NCBI GenBank assembly: GCA_051859245.1
Contig: JBHYGA010000004.1
Span: 128,001-192,000 of the forward strand
Direction: 5' to 3'
DNA length: 64,000 nt
From: Gemmatimonadaceae bacterium
GTDB lineage: Bacteria > Gemmatimonadota > Gemmatimonadetes > Gemmatimonadales > Gemmatimonadaceae
Below are positions 38,254 to 46,604 of this stretch, one piece after another (position 1 is the first letter of the stretch; each line of letters starts with the position of its first letter). The notes beneath the pieces are model-generated. The model was given only the letters and a program-made list of their open reading frames with translations, searched no databases and had not been told where the DNA came from. The translations under genes and the position numbers were made by a program.

Positions 38254-38470
38254 AGGTACTTCAAGCCTCAGCATTGTCACAGCGTTGCGCAAGGGTACCC
38301 GTACGGACTCGCGGTTCGGACTCAAGGGACCGAATAACAACCGGCAATCACTGGTTGAACGGTTATTCTCTTATGGCTCAGTAGAGAGATGGACCTGGAA
38401 TCATTATTATGCGGGTGACGCGCTGGTGCGACGGTCGCACCACGCCTCGCACACCCGAAGAGGGGGGGTA

Positions 38471-38680
38471 ATGCGGAAGCCGAGGCCGAACACCTACAAC
38501 CCTGCACAGGCGCTGCACCTGATTGCGAGTGATCGCAGTGCCCTGCCACTGAGCTGTCCGTCTTGTTCCGGTGAGATCACGCGGGAACCCGCGCTGTATC
38601 CACCGCCAACCAACTCACACGTCACGCTCAAATGCGCGGTGTGTGGTCGCTTCGCTCGCTACATCGCCGGCAACGGCTGA
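38471..38680 (+). CDS. Small four-Cys zinc-ribbon-like protein
   Basis: G-rich RBS, 69 aa, CPSC..CAVC, followed by a terminator hairpin. Confidence 0.65.
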   Translation: MRKPRPNTYNPAQALHLIASDRSALPLSCPSCSGEITREPALYPPPTNSHVTLKCAVCGRFARYIAGNG

Positions 38681-38710
38681 GCGTCTCCACCTTATCACGC
38701 AGTGAATGCA

Positions 38711-38746
38711 ACAACGCCCCGGCCACTTTGGTAGCCGGGGCGTTGT
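38711..38746. terminator. Hairpin terminator between convergent genes
   Basis: ACAACGCCCCGGC / GCCGGGGCGTTGT 13-bp stem. Confidence 0.75.
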
Positions 38747-38768
38747 CGTTGTGGCAACGGTACACCGT

Positions 38769-38819
38769 GCACGCGAAACGCGCACGCGCGAAACTCGCAC
38801 GCGCGACACCTGCACGCAC
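38769..38819. repeat. Degenerate 15-nt tandem repeat (~3.5 copies)
   Basis: GCACGC--GAAACGC, GCACGCGCGAAACTC, GCACGCGCGACACCT, GCACGCAC. Confidence 0.7.
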
Positions 38820-39103
38820 TACCAGTTGATCGTGCCCTGCTTGCTCGTGTCCACGTTTTCTGCGTCGCCGGACTTGAACAAAAATCCATCACGATTGCGA
38901 CTGAGAAATGTGCGCGCTTGCGCATCCATCAGGTTCAGGCCGTAGTGATTAATCAGCATGGTCTGCTGTTTCAACCAATCGGCCCAGCACGTTTGACAGA
39001 CTTCAGCGACCAGCCGTTCAGCGGTTGCACCAACAACACCAATCGGTGCTTTCTCAAAACCAGCGCGCGTTTGTCCGCAGCGCTTGCACGTGATATCGGG
39101 CAT
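38819..39103 (-). CDS. yggX: Fe(II)-trafficking oxidative-damage protection protein YggX
   Basis: CQTCWADWLKQQTMLINHYGLNLMDAQARTFL..GFLF. Confidence 0.9.
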   Translation of the reverse strand: MPDITCKRCGQTRAGFEKAPIGVVGATAERLVAEVCQTCWADWLKQQTMLINHYGLNLMDAQARTFLSRNRDGFLFKSGDAENVDTSKQGTINW

Positions 39104-39175
39104 GTGTGATCACTCCGTGGCAACAATCGGAAACAGAACATCCGTTGCCACAATCTAGCATGCGCGCGCGCGTGG

Positions 39176-39709
39176 TTAGTGCGGCGGCGCCGGTTCCAGC
39201 CGCAGCAGCGTTGTTGGCGGTGGCGGCGTGGTAACGTTTGGTGCAATCCAGATCACGTCCACCGCGTACACACCGGCAGCCTGCGTTGTGGACAACGTCA
39301 CGCGCTCCGCGCTCCAGGACACCAGTTGGCCGCTGGCGTCAACAATCTGCCAGTCCGGGCCGGGGGCGCCGGCTTCGACCACCAGACGAGCCGGCACATT
39401 GCTGCGCACATCCACCGTGGCGATCCAGGCGCGTTGCGCGAGCTGCGCCGTGGCCGCGTCACCCAGCCGCTCACGCATCAGCGACACACCGGGCCGTGAA
39501 TGTGATGAAATTGCCGTCCGTGTGACGATCGGGACGCTACCCACGAGGGTGTGACGCACCGTATGTAGCGGCGATCCTGCAGCTTGTGCACCGCTCGCCC
39601 GTGGCGCCAACGCCACGATGGCCAGCGCCAGCCACACGCCGGCCAGGCCAACGTGCCTGTGCGGCGCGGCGGGAGGTGCGAATCGGCGGGAGGAACAGAC
39701 AGAGCTCAT
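39176..39709 (-). CDS. Secreted divergent pilin-like protein
   Basis: Signal ..ASGA-Q. HTLVGSVPIV and VDVRSN align with HTLNAVVPTL and FDVKAN of the 45784 protein. Confidence 0.5.
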   Translation of the reverse strand: MSSVCSSRRFAPPAAPHRHVGLAGVWLALAIVALAPRASGAQAAGSPLHTVRHTLVGSVPIVTRTAISSHSRPGVSLMRERLGDAATAQLAQRAWIATVDVRSNVPARLVVEAGAPGPDWQIVDASGQLVSWSAERVTLSTTQAAGVYAVDVIWIAPNVTTPPPPTTLLRLEPAPPH

Positions 39710-39723
39710 GCCGAAGCGTATCG

Positions 39724-39738
39724 GCACAGTGCGTGCCG
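39724..39738 (-). promoter_or_regulatory. Candidate sigma54 -24/-12 promoter
   Basis: Minus strand CGGCACG-CACT-GTGC, 14 nt before the ATG at 39709. Confidence 0.5.
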
Positions 39739-39852
39739 AAGTTGAGCCTCGGCGGGTGGAAATCGCCCCCGAATTCCGGCGTTGTAACGGTAGTGCCTGA
39801 CATCATCGCCGAGGACGGCCGCGAACCGTTACCGAGCCGCACAGGCTGCAGG

Positions 39853-40488
39853 CTAAGGCGCGGTCACGTTGATCGTGAGCGGCAGGCTGTACGTGCCCGG
39901 TGGATTCGTGGCGAAGATCCACCGTACACGAAAGCACAGCTGGCGCAACACACCATTCATGCCGGCATTCGATTGCAGGAGCACACGCGGTGCGTTGCGC
40001 TGAATGGCGATCGGACTGGCGCTGAGCGGGGTCATCTGGACACCGGTACACATGTTCTCGATCGTGGACACGCCGAGGTCCACATCGGAAGCGGACTTGA
40101 ATGCTGGTCCGCTGAAGATCGGTTCGTTGACCAGCGTCACGCTGATTCCAAAGTTGGACTGCGCGCGCAACGTGGGCCCGACAATCACAATGCCGGTATC
40201 GGCGGCGATACTGAATCCGACAGACGCGGCGGCGACGCCACCCGTGAGATCGGTGGTGGTGCGATTGAGTTGCACGAGCGATTGCACGGGCAATTGCACC
40301 GATGCGGTCAGACTCACCGTGCAGGTGCGCGTCTGCCGTCGTCCCGGCTGCTGCACGTTGCAACTCGACTGCGCTGACGCGGCCGTGCTGTGCAACAGGG
40401 GCGCGAACATGATCACACAGATGAATCGTGAGTACACCGTGAATCTTGCTCGGACGGTGTGCAACACACGCTCGCTCGTTGCCCTCAT
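39853..40488 (-). CDS. Pilin-like secreted protein (paralogue of 45784-46332)
   Basis: ATGA overlap with the upstream gene, signal ..ASA-Q, N-terminal Cys pair, KSASDV, QLCFRVRW..NPPGTYSLPLTINVTAP. Confidence 0.7.
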   Translation of the reverse strand: MRATSERVLHTVRARFTVYSRFICVIMFAPLLHSTAASAQSSCNVQQPGRRQTRTCTVSLTASVQLPVQSLVQLNRTTTDLTGGVAAASVGFSIAADTGIVIVGPTLRAQSNFGISVTLVNEPIFSGPAFKSASDVDLGVSTIENMCTGVQMTPLSASPIAIQRNAPRVLLQSNAGMNGVLRQLCFRVRWIFATNPPGTYSLPLTINVTAP

Positions 40489-40904
40489 GGTTGTCGCACC
40501 AGCACAAACGCGCCCGACGTGAAGGACGCGTCGAGTCCGCTGTCGTGAAACCACGTTCCGGCAATACTGTCTCCCGAAACGCGCCCGATGTGGCGGACGA
40601 CGGCGCCATCGAGCGTTGCTTCAAACTCCATGGCGTCACTGCTACGCCGACCGACAATCAATCCGGCGACGCGCTGCACCTGACCCACCGGATCTGTCCG
40701 CCGAATGTCAAGCATACCTTCGAACCGATCGCCGCCAACGCGGGTGAGCTGCAACGCGCCTTCGAGACGCAACGCGGCGGGTAGACGCTGCTCGCCTGCA
40801 TACCGCCACTGTTCCGTGCTGCCGTTCGGCTCCAGCGAGGCGTTCACACACGCCGTCGCCGATACCAGCACCATGATCAGGAGCGCACGAGGCACGCGAA
40901 TCAT
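40485..40904 (-). CDS. Small beta-rich lipoprotein in the pilus locus
   Basis: Lipobox ATAC. ATGA overlaps at both ends. Confidence 0.65.
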   Translation of the reverse strand: MIRVPRALLIMVLVSATACVNASLEPNGSTEQWRYAGEQRLPAALRLEGALQLTRVGGDRFEGMLDIRRTDPVGQVQRVAGLIVGRRSSDAMEFEATLDGAVVRHIGRVSGDSIAGTWFHDSGLDASFTSGAFVLVRQP

Positions 40905-43900
40905 TTCCGACCCGCTGCGGCCGCGGGACGTTCCACCGGCGTTGCACGGAATACGCGCACACGCCGGGGACCGAGCAGCACGCGCACGGACTGTCGCGCG
41001 CGCTGTCCGTCAAGCCGTACCGTGGGCGACGCGCCCTGTACACTCAGCGGCTCGCGCGCCGCGGAACCGTCCACGTCAATACGATAGACACCGGGTGGCA
41101 ACGCGTCGAAGAGGGCGCGACCGTCGGGTAGTAACGTGGCGAGGTGTCGACGTCCAGCTTCATCAATCGCACTTACCGTGACACCAGCGAGTGAGAGTGT
41201 GGTGCCATCAACCACGGAATCGCGCACAATCTCAAGCTGCACTTCGACTGCACCCACGGGAACAACAGGAATATCGAGGGACCCATCGCGCAGGGCACCC
41301 GCCGTCGCGCGGCTGACCTGCGGCGCAAGCATCAACCCGAATGGCAGCGAGCGTTCATCAAGCTCGGGTATTCCGGCACCCACACGAGTGAGTCGGTAGC
41401 TGCCATCGCGATCGGTTACAACCACTTCTCCACCAATGCGCACCAGGACGCTGGCCAACCCGCGTTCGCCGCGATCACGTACACCGTTGCCATTGAGATC
41501 TTCAAACACAACACCCATGCCACGTCCACCACGCAAAAACGCGGGCGCGCCAAAACTGCGTTCAACACGCAATGCGGTGGTCCAGCCGCGCGCACCGTTT
41601 AATGCGAACGCCGGATTGCGCTCGAAATCAACTCGCACGTACGTCTGAAACGGCAACAGCGATGCCAATCCCACGCGCTGTGTGAGCACTTCCGATCCGG
41701 TGCCCAGACTCACAGTGCGACCAAGGGCCGCGTTGACATACAGTCGCTTGTCGGTGAATGGCAGCGCGATCTGCTCAGCGCGCAGCGCCATGTCGTGTTG
41801 TCCGTCGCCAAGCACCGCCGAGCCGGATCGACGCTGCACCGCGGAGTAGAAGTCAATCGTACCGAATGCAGTGGGCCACAGCAGCTGCGTCGACCAGAAC
41901 AGTTGATTCTCACGCTCACGCGGCAACCGAGAATCGAAGTACGCGAAATCTCGCTGCAACTGCGTGTACGTCGCACTGGCCGATGCCGTGAACACACCAA
42001 GACGCGTTGAGCCAAACAGTCCGGCAATCTGTGACAGCGTGGACAGACGAACGGCCTCATCACCACTGCGTGAACTGCCTATGCGCGCTTCCAGGCCAAG
42101 ACTGCTCGAACGCCCAATGCGAAACTGCGGCATGACGCCCACGCCGCTGGTCTGTTGCACCACACCCTGCTCACCTTCGTCGCTCGCATACCAGCCGAGG
42201 TAACCCAGGCGCAACGCGCCCAAGCCCTGTCCGCCGGTGAACGTGATGTCCGTTTGTGCGCGGGCAAAGGCGCGGCTTCCACCGGGTGCGTGCGTTGCAC
42301 GCAGACGCCAGTCACTGCGCGGTGAACGATTGCCAAGTTCAGCGGCGGCACCCACACCACTGCCATCGTTCCAGCGACGATACGCCAGTTCGCCGCGTGC
42401 GTCGACGCCCATACTAGCAACACGTTCGGCGCCTACGGCAAACGCATCGAGTTCAGCACGCGTAATGAGCGGATCACGCAAGTGACTGGCCGACGCGGTG
42501 TACGCGATGCCACCTCGCACCGCACGAGCGCGCAAACCGGCCAGCACACCGCCGTATTGCACAATCAGTGATCGGTTCAGACGCGATGCGTTGTTGTCCG
42601 ATTCCGCGACACCAAGCGTGAATGGCCGCGCCGCGAGTGCGGAAAGCTGCCACGCGGTGTCTCCCACCGTCGCGGACACACCGCGGCCGCTGCGCGTGAG
42701 ACCGGCCATATCACCGAAATCTGCGGCCGCGTTGCCAGCGTCAACACGCCAGTTCGGATGGATGAACGCGATTGTGGGAAACGCTTGCCCACCACCAATA
42801 CGCGAGAGTCCAGGCGCACCACCCACGGCGCGCTGCGTCCACGCGGCACTCACATTCACGCGCGAGCTGATCGGTCCGGTGAGTGTGAAGCCCCAGCTGT
42901 CGAGATAGTCCTGTCCCGGCTGCTGCACCGCGTTGTAACTCAAACCGAGCACCGGACCGAACGCGCCACCACGGCTGGCCGACAGCACTTCAACCGGCAG
43001 CGAGAGTGTGCGTGGTGCGGCGTCGTTCGATGTTGCATCATCTTTGAAACGTGCGGCGTACACCTGCACGCTTGATGCACCAGACTCGTGATCACGCGGC
43101 ACAGTGATTTCGATGTCTCGCGTGACAGTCGCGCCCGGCGCCAAGACAATGCGCGCCGATTGCTGCACACGACCGCGCCATGCCTGTGGCAGGGTGAGCG
43201 AGAGACTGACGGTATCTTCCACGTTGCCGCCATTGGCTACCACGACACGCACCGCCGTCTTTTTTCCCGGCATGGCGTGCATGGTTGGTGCAGCGGGCGT
43301 GACGCTGATCGCGCGCACCGGGGCAACCATCACATCCACGGGTACCACCACCGTTTCGCGGCGTACCGCTTCCGGGCCACCGGGCATATCGAAGCGCACC
43401 TCAGCGAGCCGCAGTGTGCCCGCCAGCGCTTTACTCGGCACCGACACACTCAACGTCACACGCGCGTCGCTGCCAACCACAATGCCGGACGTTGGCCCAC
43501 CAATCACGGCGCCAGGCGATTTGTCGACGGTGTACGTGACCGAATCGCGCGCACCAAGCGTGGCCGGTGGTGCGACGCGCACCAGATGAATGCTGCGCGG
43601 CACGGCATTGAGCAGAGTACCAGCTGCCATACGAACGCTGCCGGTGGCAGCGCTGGCTGTTCGTGGAGTCCCCGAGACCATCACGTCGTTTGGATCGGTA
43701 CTTGGCGTAACCGTCAGTTCGATCGGTACAATCACGCGATCACCGGTACCGTCGGCAGCCCAGAATCGCACGTCCGCGAGTCGGTGCACACCAACTGCGG
43801 CCGCCGCCGGTGCACGCACAAGCAGTGGCACCATGGCATCGGTACTCATGAACGTTCCGTCGCCCGCACCATTCACCGCACCGGCGAGCGTACGGTTTAC

Positions 43901-44101
43901 ATGAAAACTCACCGAATCACTGCCACGAAGCAGCGCCGGCACCGGAACACGCAGTGTAGTACTGGTTCCGGATTCCAGTGTGATGCGAATGGTTGGTGCC
44001 ACCCGAATATTCGGAGGCGCCGCTTCAAGCGCGTGCGCGAATGCGGCCGAGAACGCAAGCGAGCTGCCAAACGCGAACGCAAGTACGGCGCGCGCGATCA
44101 C
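40901..44101 (-). CDS. Large usher-like outer-membrane protein (Ig-like repeats, beta-barrel, SdrD-B-like C-terminal domains)
   Basis: GTG overlaps the upstream stop. Signal ..AHA, duplicated ~95-aa Ig-like unit, VANGGNVEDT..LAPGAT domain, amphipathic strand region, GVVFEDLNGNGVRDRGE, LPPGVYRIDVD. Confidence 0.65.
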   Translation of the reverse strand: MIARAVLAFAFGSSLAFSAAFAHALEAAPPNIRVAPTIRITLESGTSTTLRVPVPALLRGSDSVSFHVNRTLAGAVNGAGDGTFMSTDAMVPLLVRAPAAAAVGVHRLADVRFWAADGTGDRVIVPIELTVTPSTDPNDVMVSGTPRTASAATGSVRMAAGTLLNAVPRSIHLVRVAPPATLGARDSVTYTVDKSPGAVIGGPTSGIVVGSDARVTLSVSVPSKALAGTLRLAEVRFDMPGGPEAVRRETVVVPVDVMVAPVRAISVTPAAPTMHAMPGKKTAVRVVVANGGNVEDTVSLSLTLPQAWRGRVQQSARIVLAPGATVTRDIEITVPRDHESGASSVQVYAARFKDDATSNDAAPRTLSLPVEVLSASRGGAFGPVLGLSYNAVQQPGQDYLDSWGFTLTGPISSRVNVSAAWTQRAVGGAPGLSRIGGGQAFPTIAFIHPNWRVDAGNAAADFGDMAGLTRSGRGVSATVGDTAWQLSALAARPFTLGVAESDNNASRLNRSLIVQYGGVLAGLRARAVRGGIAYTASASHLRDPLITRAELDAFAVGAERVASMGVDARGELAYRRWNDGSGVGAAAELGNRSPRSDWRLRATHAPGGSRAFARAQTDITFTGGQGLGALRLGYLGWYASDEGEQGVVQQTSGVGVMPQFRIGRSSSLGLEARIGSSRSGDEAVRLSTLSQIAGLFGSTRLGVFTASASATYTQLQRDFAYFDSRLPRERENQLFWSTQLLWPTAFGTIDFYSAVQRRSGSAVLGDGQHDMALRAEQIALPFTDKRLYVNAALGRTVSLGTGSEVLTQRVGLASLLPFQTYVRVDFERNPAFALNGARGWTTALRVERSFGAPAFLRGGRGMGVVFEDLNGNGVRDRGERGLASVLVRIGGEVVVTDRDGSYRLTRVGAGIPELDERSLPFGLMLAPQVSRATAGALRDGSLDIPVVPVGAVEVQLEIVRDSVVDGTTLSLAGVTVSAIDEAGRRHLATLLPDGRALFDALPPGVYRIDVDGSAAREPLSVQGASPTVRLDGQRARQSVRVLLGPRRVRVFRATPVERPAAAAGRK

Positions 44102-44613
44102 GGTCGGTACACCGACAACGTGAGCGCAATATTGCTGGCCACAAGTGACGGCGCCGGATCTGCCCAGGCGATCCGGACCCGTAACCAGATGGTACCCGAC
44201 CACGGATCGTTCAATCCGTTCGGTATCACTGTGCGTGACTCAACACTGTTGTCGAGCTGCGTCAGCGCACGCCACGGCCCCACTGGCCCGCTGCGCCACT
44301 CTACGTCGGCGCACTGTTTCGGTCCGGTGACGGCGACGCAGCGAATCAGCACGGTGGTAATACGCGTGCTGTTCTGATTGAGCACGCTCACCGTGAATGG
44401 GACGGCAACAGAATCGGTGACAGGCCCCGTCGCACTTGAAGGCCACGCGGTGTAGTTCGACATGCGCGGCGTGGGGATGGTCACAGCGCCAGTCGTGAGC
44501 GAAAAGCCCGTACTCTGACCGTTTGCCGAACGCCACGGCGAAACGCTCCCGATCAGTAGCGTCGCCGTGAACATGCAGCGTGTAATGTGCGAAGCGATGC
44601 GCGAAGTCGGCAC
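44098..44613 (-). CDS. Minor pilin-like secreted protein
   Basis: Signal ..ANG-Q, KQCADVEW motif, terminal alternating strand IALTLSVYRP. Confidence 0.6.
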   Translation of the reverse strand: MPTSRIASHITRCMFTATLLIGSVSPWRSANGQSTGFSLTTGAVTIPTPRMSNYTAWPSSATGPVTDSVAVPFTVSVLNQNSTRITTVLIRCVAVTGPKQCADVEWRSGPVGPWRALTQLDNSVESRTVIPNGLNDPWSGTIWLRVRIAWADPAPSLVASNIALTLSVYRP

Positions 44614-45495
44614 CTACCGAACCTCGTACTCCAGCTGGCCCGCCACGAGTTCACTGCCACCAAAGTCGAGGAGCGCGAGCATCACGTAGCGTCCGGCGGG
44701 TAGCTCGGGCAACACCTGTTGCAGCATGCGCCGTGAGCCGGGCAGCACGGGAAACGTGGCGACATCAGCACGATGCGCGATTGAGTTGTCGGCGCGACGC
44801 ACTTCGATTGAGCCTTTCACAAGCAACTGCACGTCGCCAACATTTCGAAAGCCAACCAGCAGAGTAGGCGGTGCAACGTGGCGCGACTTTGTTGCGGACG
44901 GCGCGCTGGATTCCGGTGGCGGCGATGCTGGCGCATCACTGAGCGTCATCGCGTCGATCAATCCGTCGCGCAGCGCACTCGTCGATTCGCCGTACACCTT
45001 GATGCCCGTGCGTACGTTGTAGCTCAGTTGACGCCCCGCCTCCACGGCGGACGCACGATTTTCGAGGAACACAATCGACCAGCAGTTCGCCGGCACCTTC
45101 TCACCCGCGGCGAGTGAGACGCGCACGTTGGCACTCTGGCCTGGTCCAAGCACCATCGATTTCGGGAACACCTCAAGTCCTGCCGCACAGCTGTTCTTCG
45201 TGGTGTGCGCGGGAAAGAAGCGATTCGTACCCGCTTCATCGCGGTCCCAGTCTTCAATCGTGACCACGGCCTGCACGGTCTTGGCCGTCTCGTTGCGTAC
45301 CGCCACCATGCGAACTGTAGGTGTGGCCGATGGCGTGATAAACAGCTCGAGCTCGTCTACGGTGAGCTGTGCATCCGCTGTGGCGGGCAGCAACAGACAG
45401 GCCGCAGCCAGCAAGACGCGGCGCCAATCACTTGTGCGCTGCGGGCGATCGGGGCGTGGTTCCTGATTGGTGCGGACAGGCTGGCGGGCGGTCAT
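44614..45495 (-). CDS. PapD-like fimbrial chaperone
   Basis: Signal ADA-Q, VRN, IEDWDRDEAG, VFPKSMVLGPGQSANVRV, CWSIVFLE, RTGIKVY, FRNVGDV, VLPGSRR, LPAGRY two-domain chaperone pattern. Confidence 0.8.
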   Translation of the reverse strand: MTARQPVRTNQEPRPDRPQRTSDWRRVLLAAACLLLPATADAQLTVDELELFITPSATPTVRMVAVRNETAKTVQAVVTIEDWDRDEAGTNRFFPAHTTKNSCAAGLEVFPKSMVLGPGQSANVRVSLAAGEKVPANCWSIVFLENRASAVEAGRQLSYNVRTGIKVYGESTSALRDGLIDAMTLSDAPASPPPESSAPSATKSRHVAPPTLLVGFRNVGDVQLLVKGSIEVRRADNSIAHRADVATFPVLPGSRRMLQQVLPELPAGRYVMLALLDFGGSELVAGQLEYEVR

Positions 45496-45699
45496 GCGAG
45501 GCGGGATGAATGCGGTGGGGCGCGAATCGCTAAAGTTCCGCGCGCTGGTGCCGATACTTGAAACCGAGGTGTCGCGGGGATGCAGCAACTAGACGCGTCT
45601 GTGCCAGCGCGGTAACGCGGCGCGTCGGTCTTCCGCAGTTTGTGAGAGAGCGAGCCATGGCCGTAACGCGGGACGATTCGGCGGCGGCGCCGTAATCGC

Positions 45700-45734
45700 A
45701 AAAGGGGAGCCCGCAGCGTGCGCAGACTCCCCTT
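45700..45734 (-). terminator. Intrinsic terminator after the major pilin-like gene
   Basis: Minus strand AAGGGGAGTCTGCG-CACGC-TGCGGGCTCCCC-TTTT. Confidence 0.8.
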
Positions 45735-45783
45735 CAGTTCCGTCATGTGTGCATCGCGCGGACGTCAGCGCCCGCGCCGTGCC

Positions 45784-46332
45784 TTACGGAGCGCTCACGC
45801 TCACGTTCAACGGCAGCGAATAGTTGCCCGGCGTATCCGAGGCGTAGTTCCACACGATGTCAAAGCAGAGCTGCTGACGTGGCGCCGTGCCGGCCGTGCC
45901 CGTGTACACGCCAACCGCCGTCGTGCTCACCGCCGCGTACGCTCCAGCAGAACCGCATCCTGCGGCACCCGTGACTCGCGCCCAGCGAACGTCACCAGCC
46001 GACTTGGCCGCATTGGCGCCGCCGTTCGCGGTGAACGTCGCATTGACCGACGCGAGCGTGATGGAATAGCCACGATTGGCTTTGACGTCAAACAACGGGC
46101 CGGCAACCTGCTGGCCGTTGTCGAACTGTGCCGCGGTGATGTTGCCGAGCGCCGTCGTGGCGTTCTCAAGCGTGAGCGTCACGAGTGTCGGCACGACCGC
46201 GTTGAGCGTGTGACCACACGCCGCGCCACCTGCGGAGCAGCTCGGGCCGGTGAGCGCCTGGGCACTGGCGTTCGAAGACAAGACAAGACCGAGCGTAAAC
46301 ACGCCGGCAACAACTGAAAGGCGACGGAACAT
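45784..46332 (-). CDS. Major pilin-like secreted protein
   Basis: GGAG RBS, signal ..NASA-Q, SCSAGGAAC, KSAGDVRW, QLCFDIVW..DTPGNYSLPLNVSVSAP. Codon usage looks like a highly expressed gene. Confidence 0.75.
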   Translation of the reverse strand: MFRRLSVVAGVFTLGLVLSSNASAQALTGPSCSAGGAACGHTLNAVVPTLVTLTLENATTALGNITAAQFDNGQQVAGPLFDVKANRGYSITLASVNATFTANGGANAAKSAGDVRWARVTGAAGCGSAGAYAAVSTTAVGVYTGTAGTAPRQQLCFDIVWNYASDTPGNYSLPLNVSVSAP

Positions 46333-46529
46333 GCGATGCATCTCCAGTGAGGTTTCACGGAATCAGGGGCGGGATCGAAAAATCTTTGGCGAAACGCTCA
46401 AGTTCTGGAGCGATGCTGCCGAGACTCTTCGAGGATTGCTATCCGTGTGTGCCCTGAAGACGCGAGCGCCGCGCTCGTCGTAACGGGCGCGGCGCAAATG
46501 TGCCAGACAGTGAACAGGTGTGCCATCGC

Positions 46530-46545
46530 TGTAATGCTTTTCACA
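46530..46545. promoter_or_regulatory. CRP-like box upstream of the pilin gene
   Basis: TGTAA-N6-TCACA, one mismatch to TGTGA-N6-TCACA. Confidence 0.4.
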
Positions 46546-46604
46546 CGATCCGTGATGCCATTCGCCGTTTCTGTAACGGTGCGTGGCACCATATCGCGTT
46601 GTCG

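Noticed and set aside
38366..38440. CTCTTAT..GAGAGATGGACC resembling a SAM-I riboswitch
   Set aside because: Lacks CTTATC/AGAG, GCAACC and the closing GATRAG strand.
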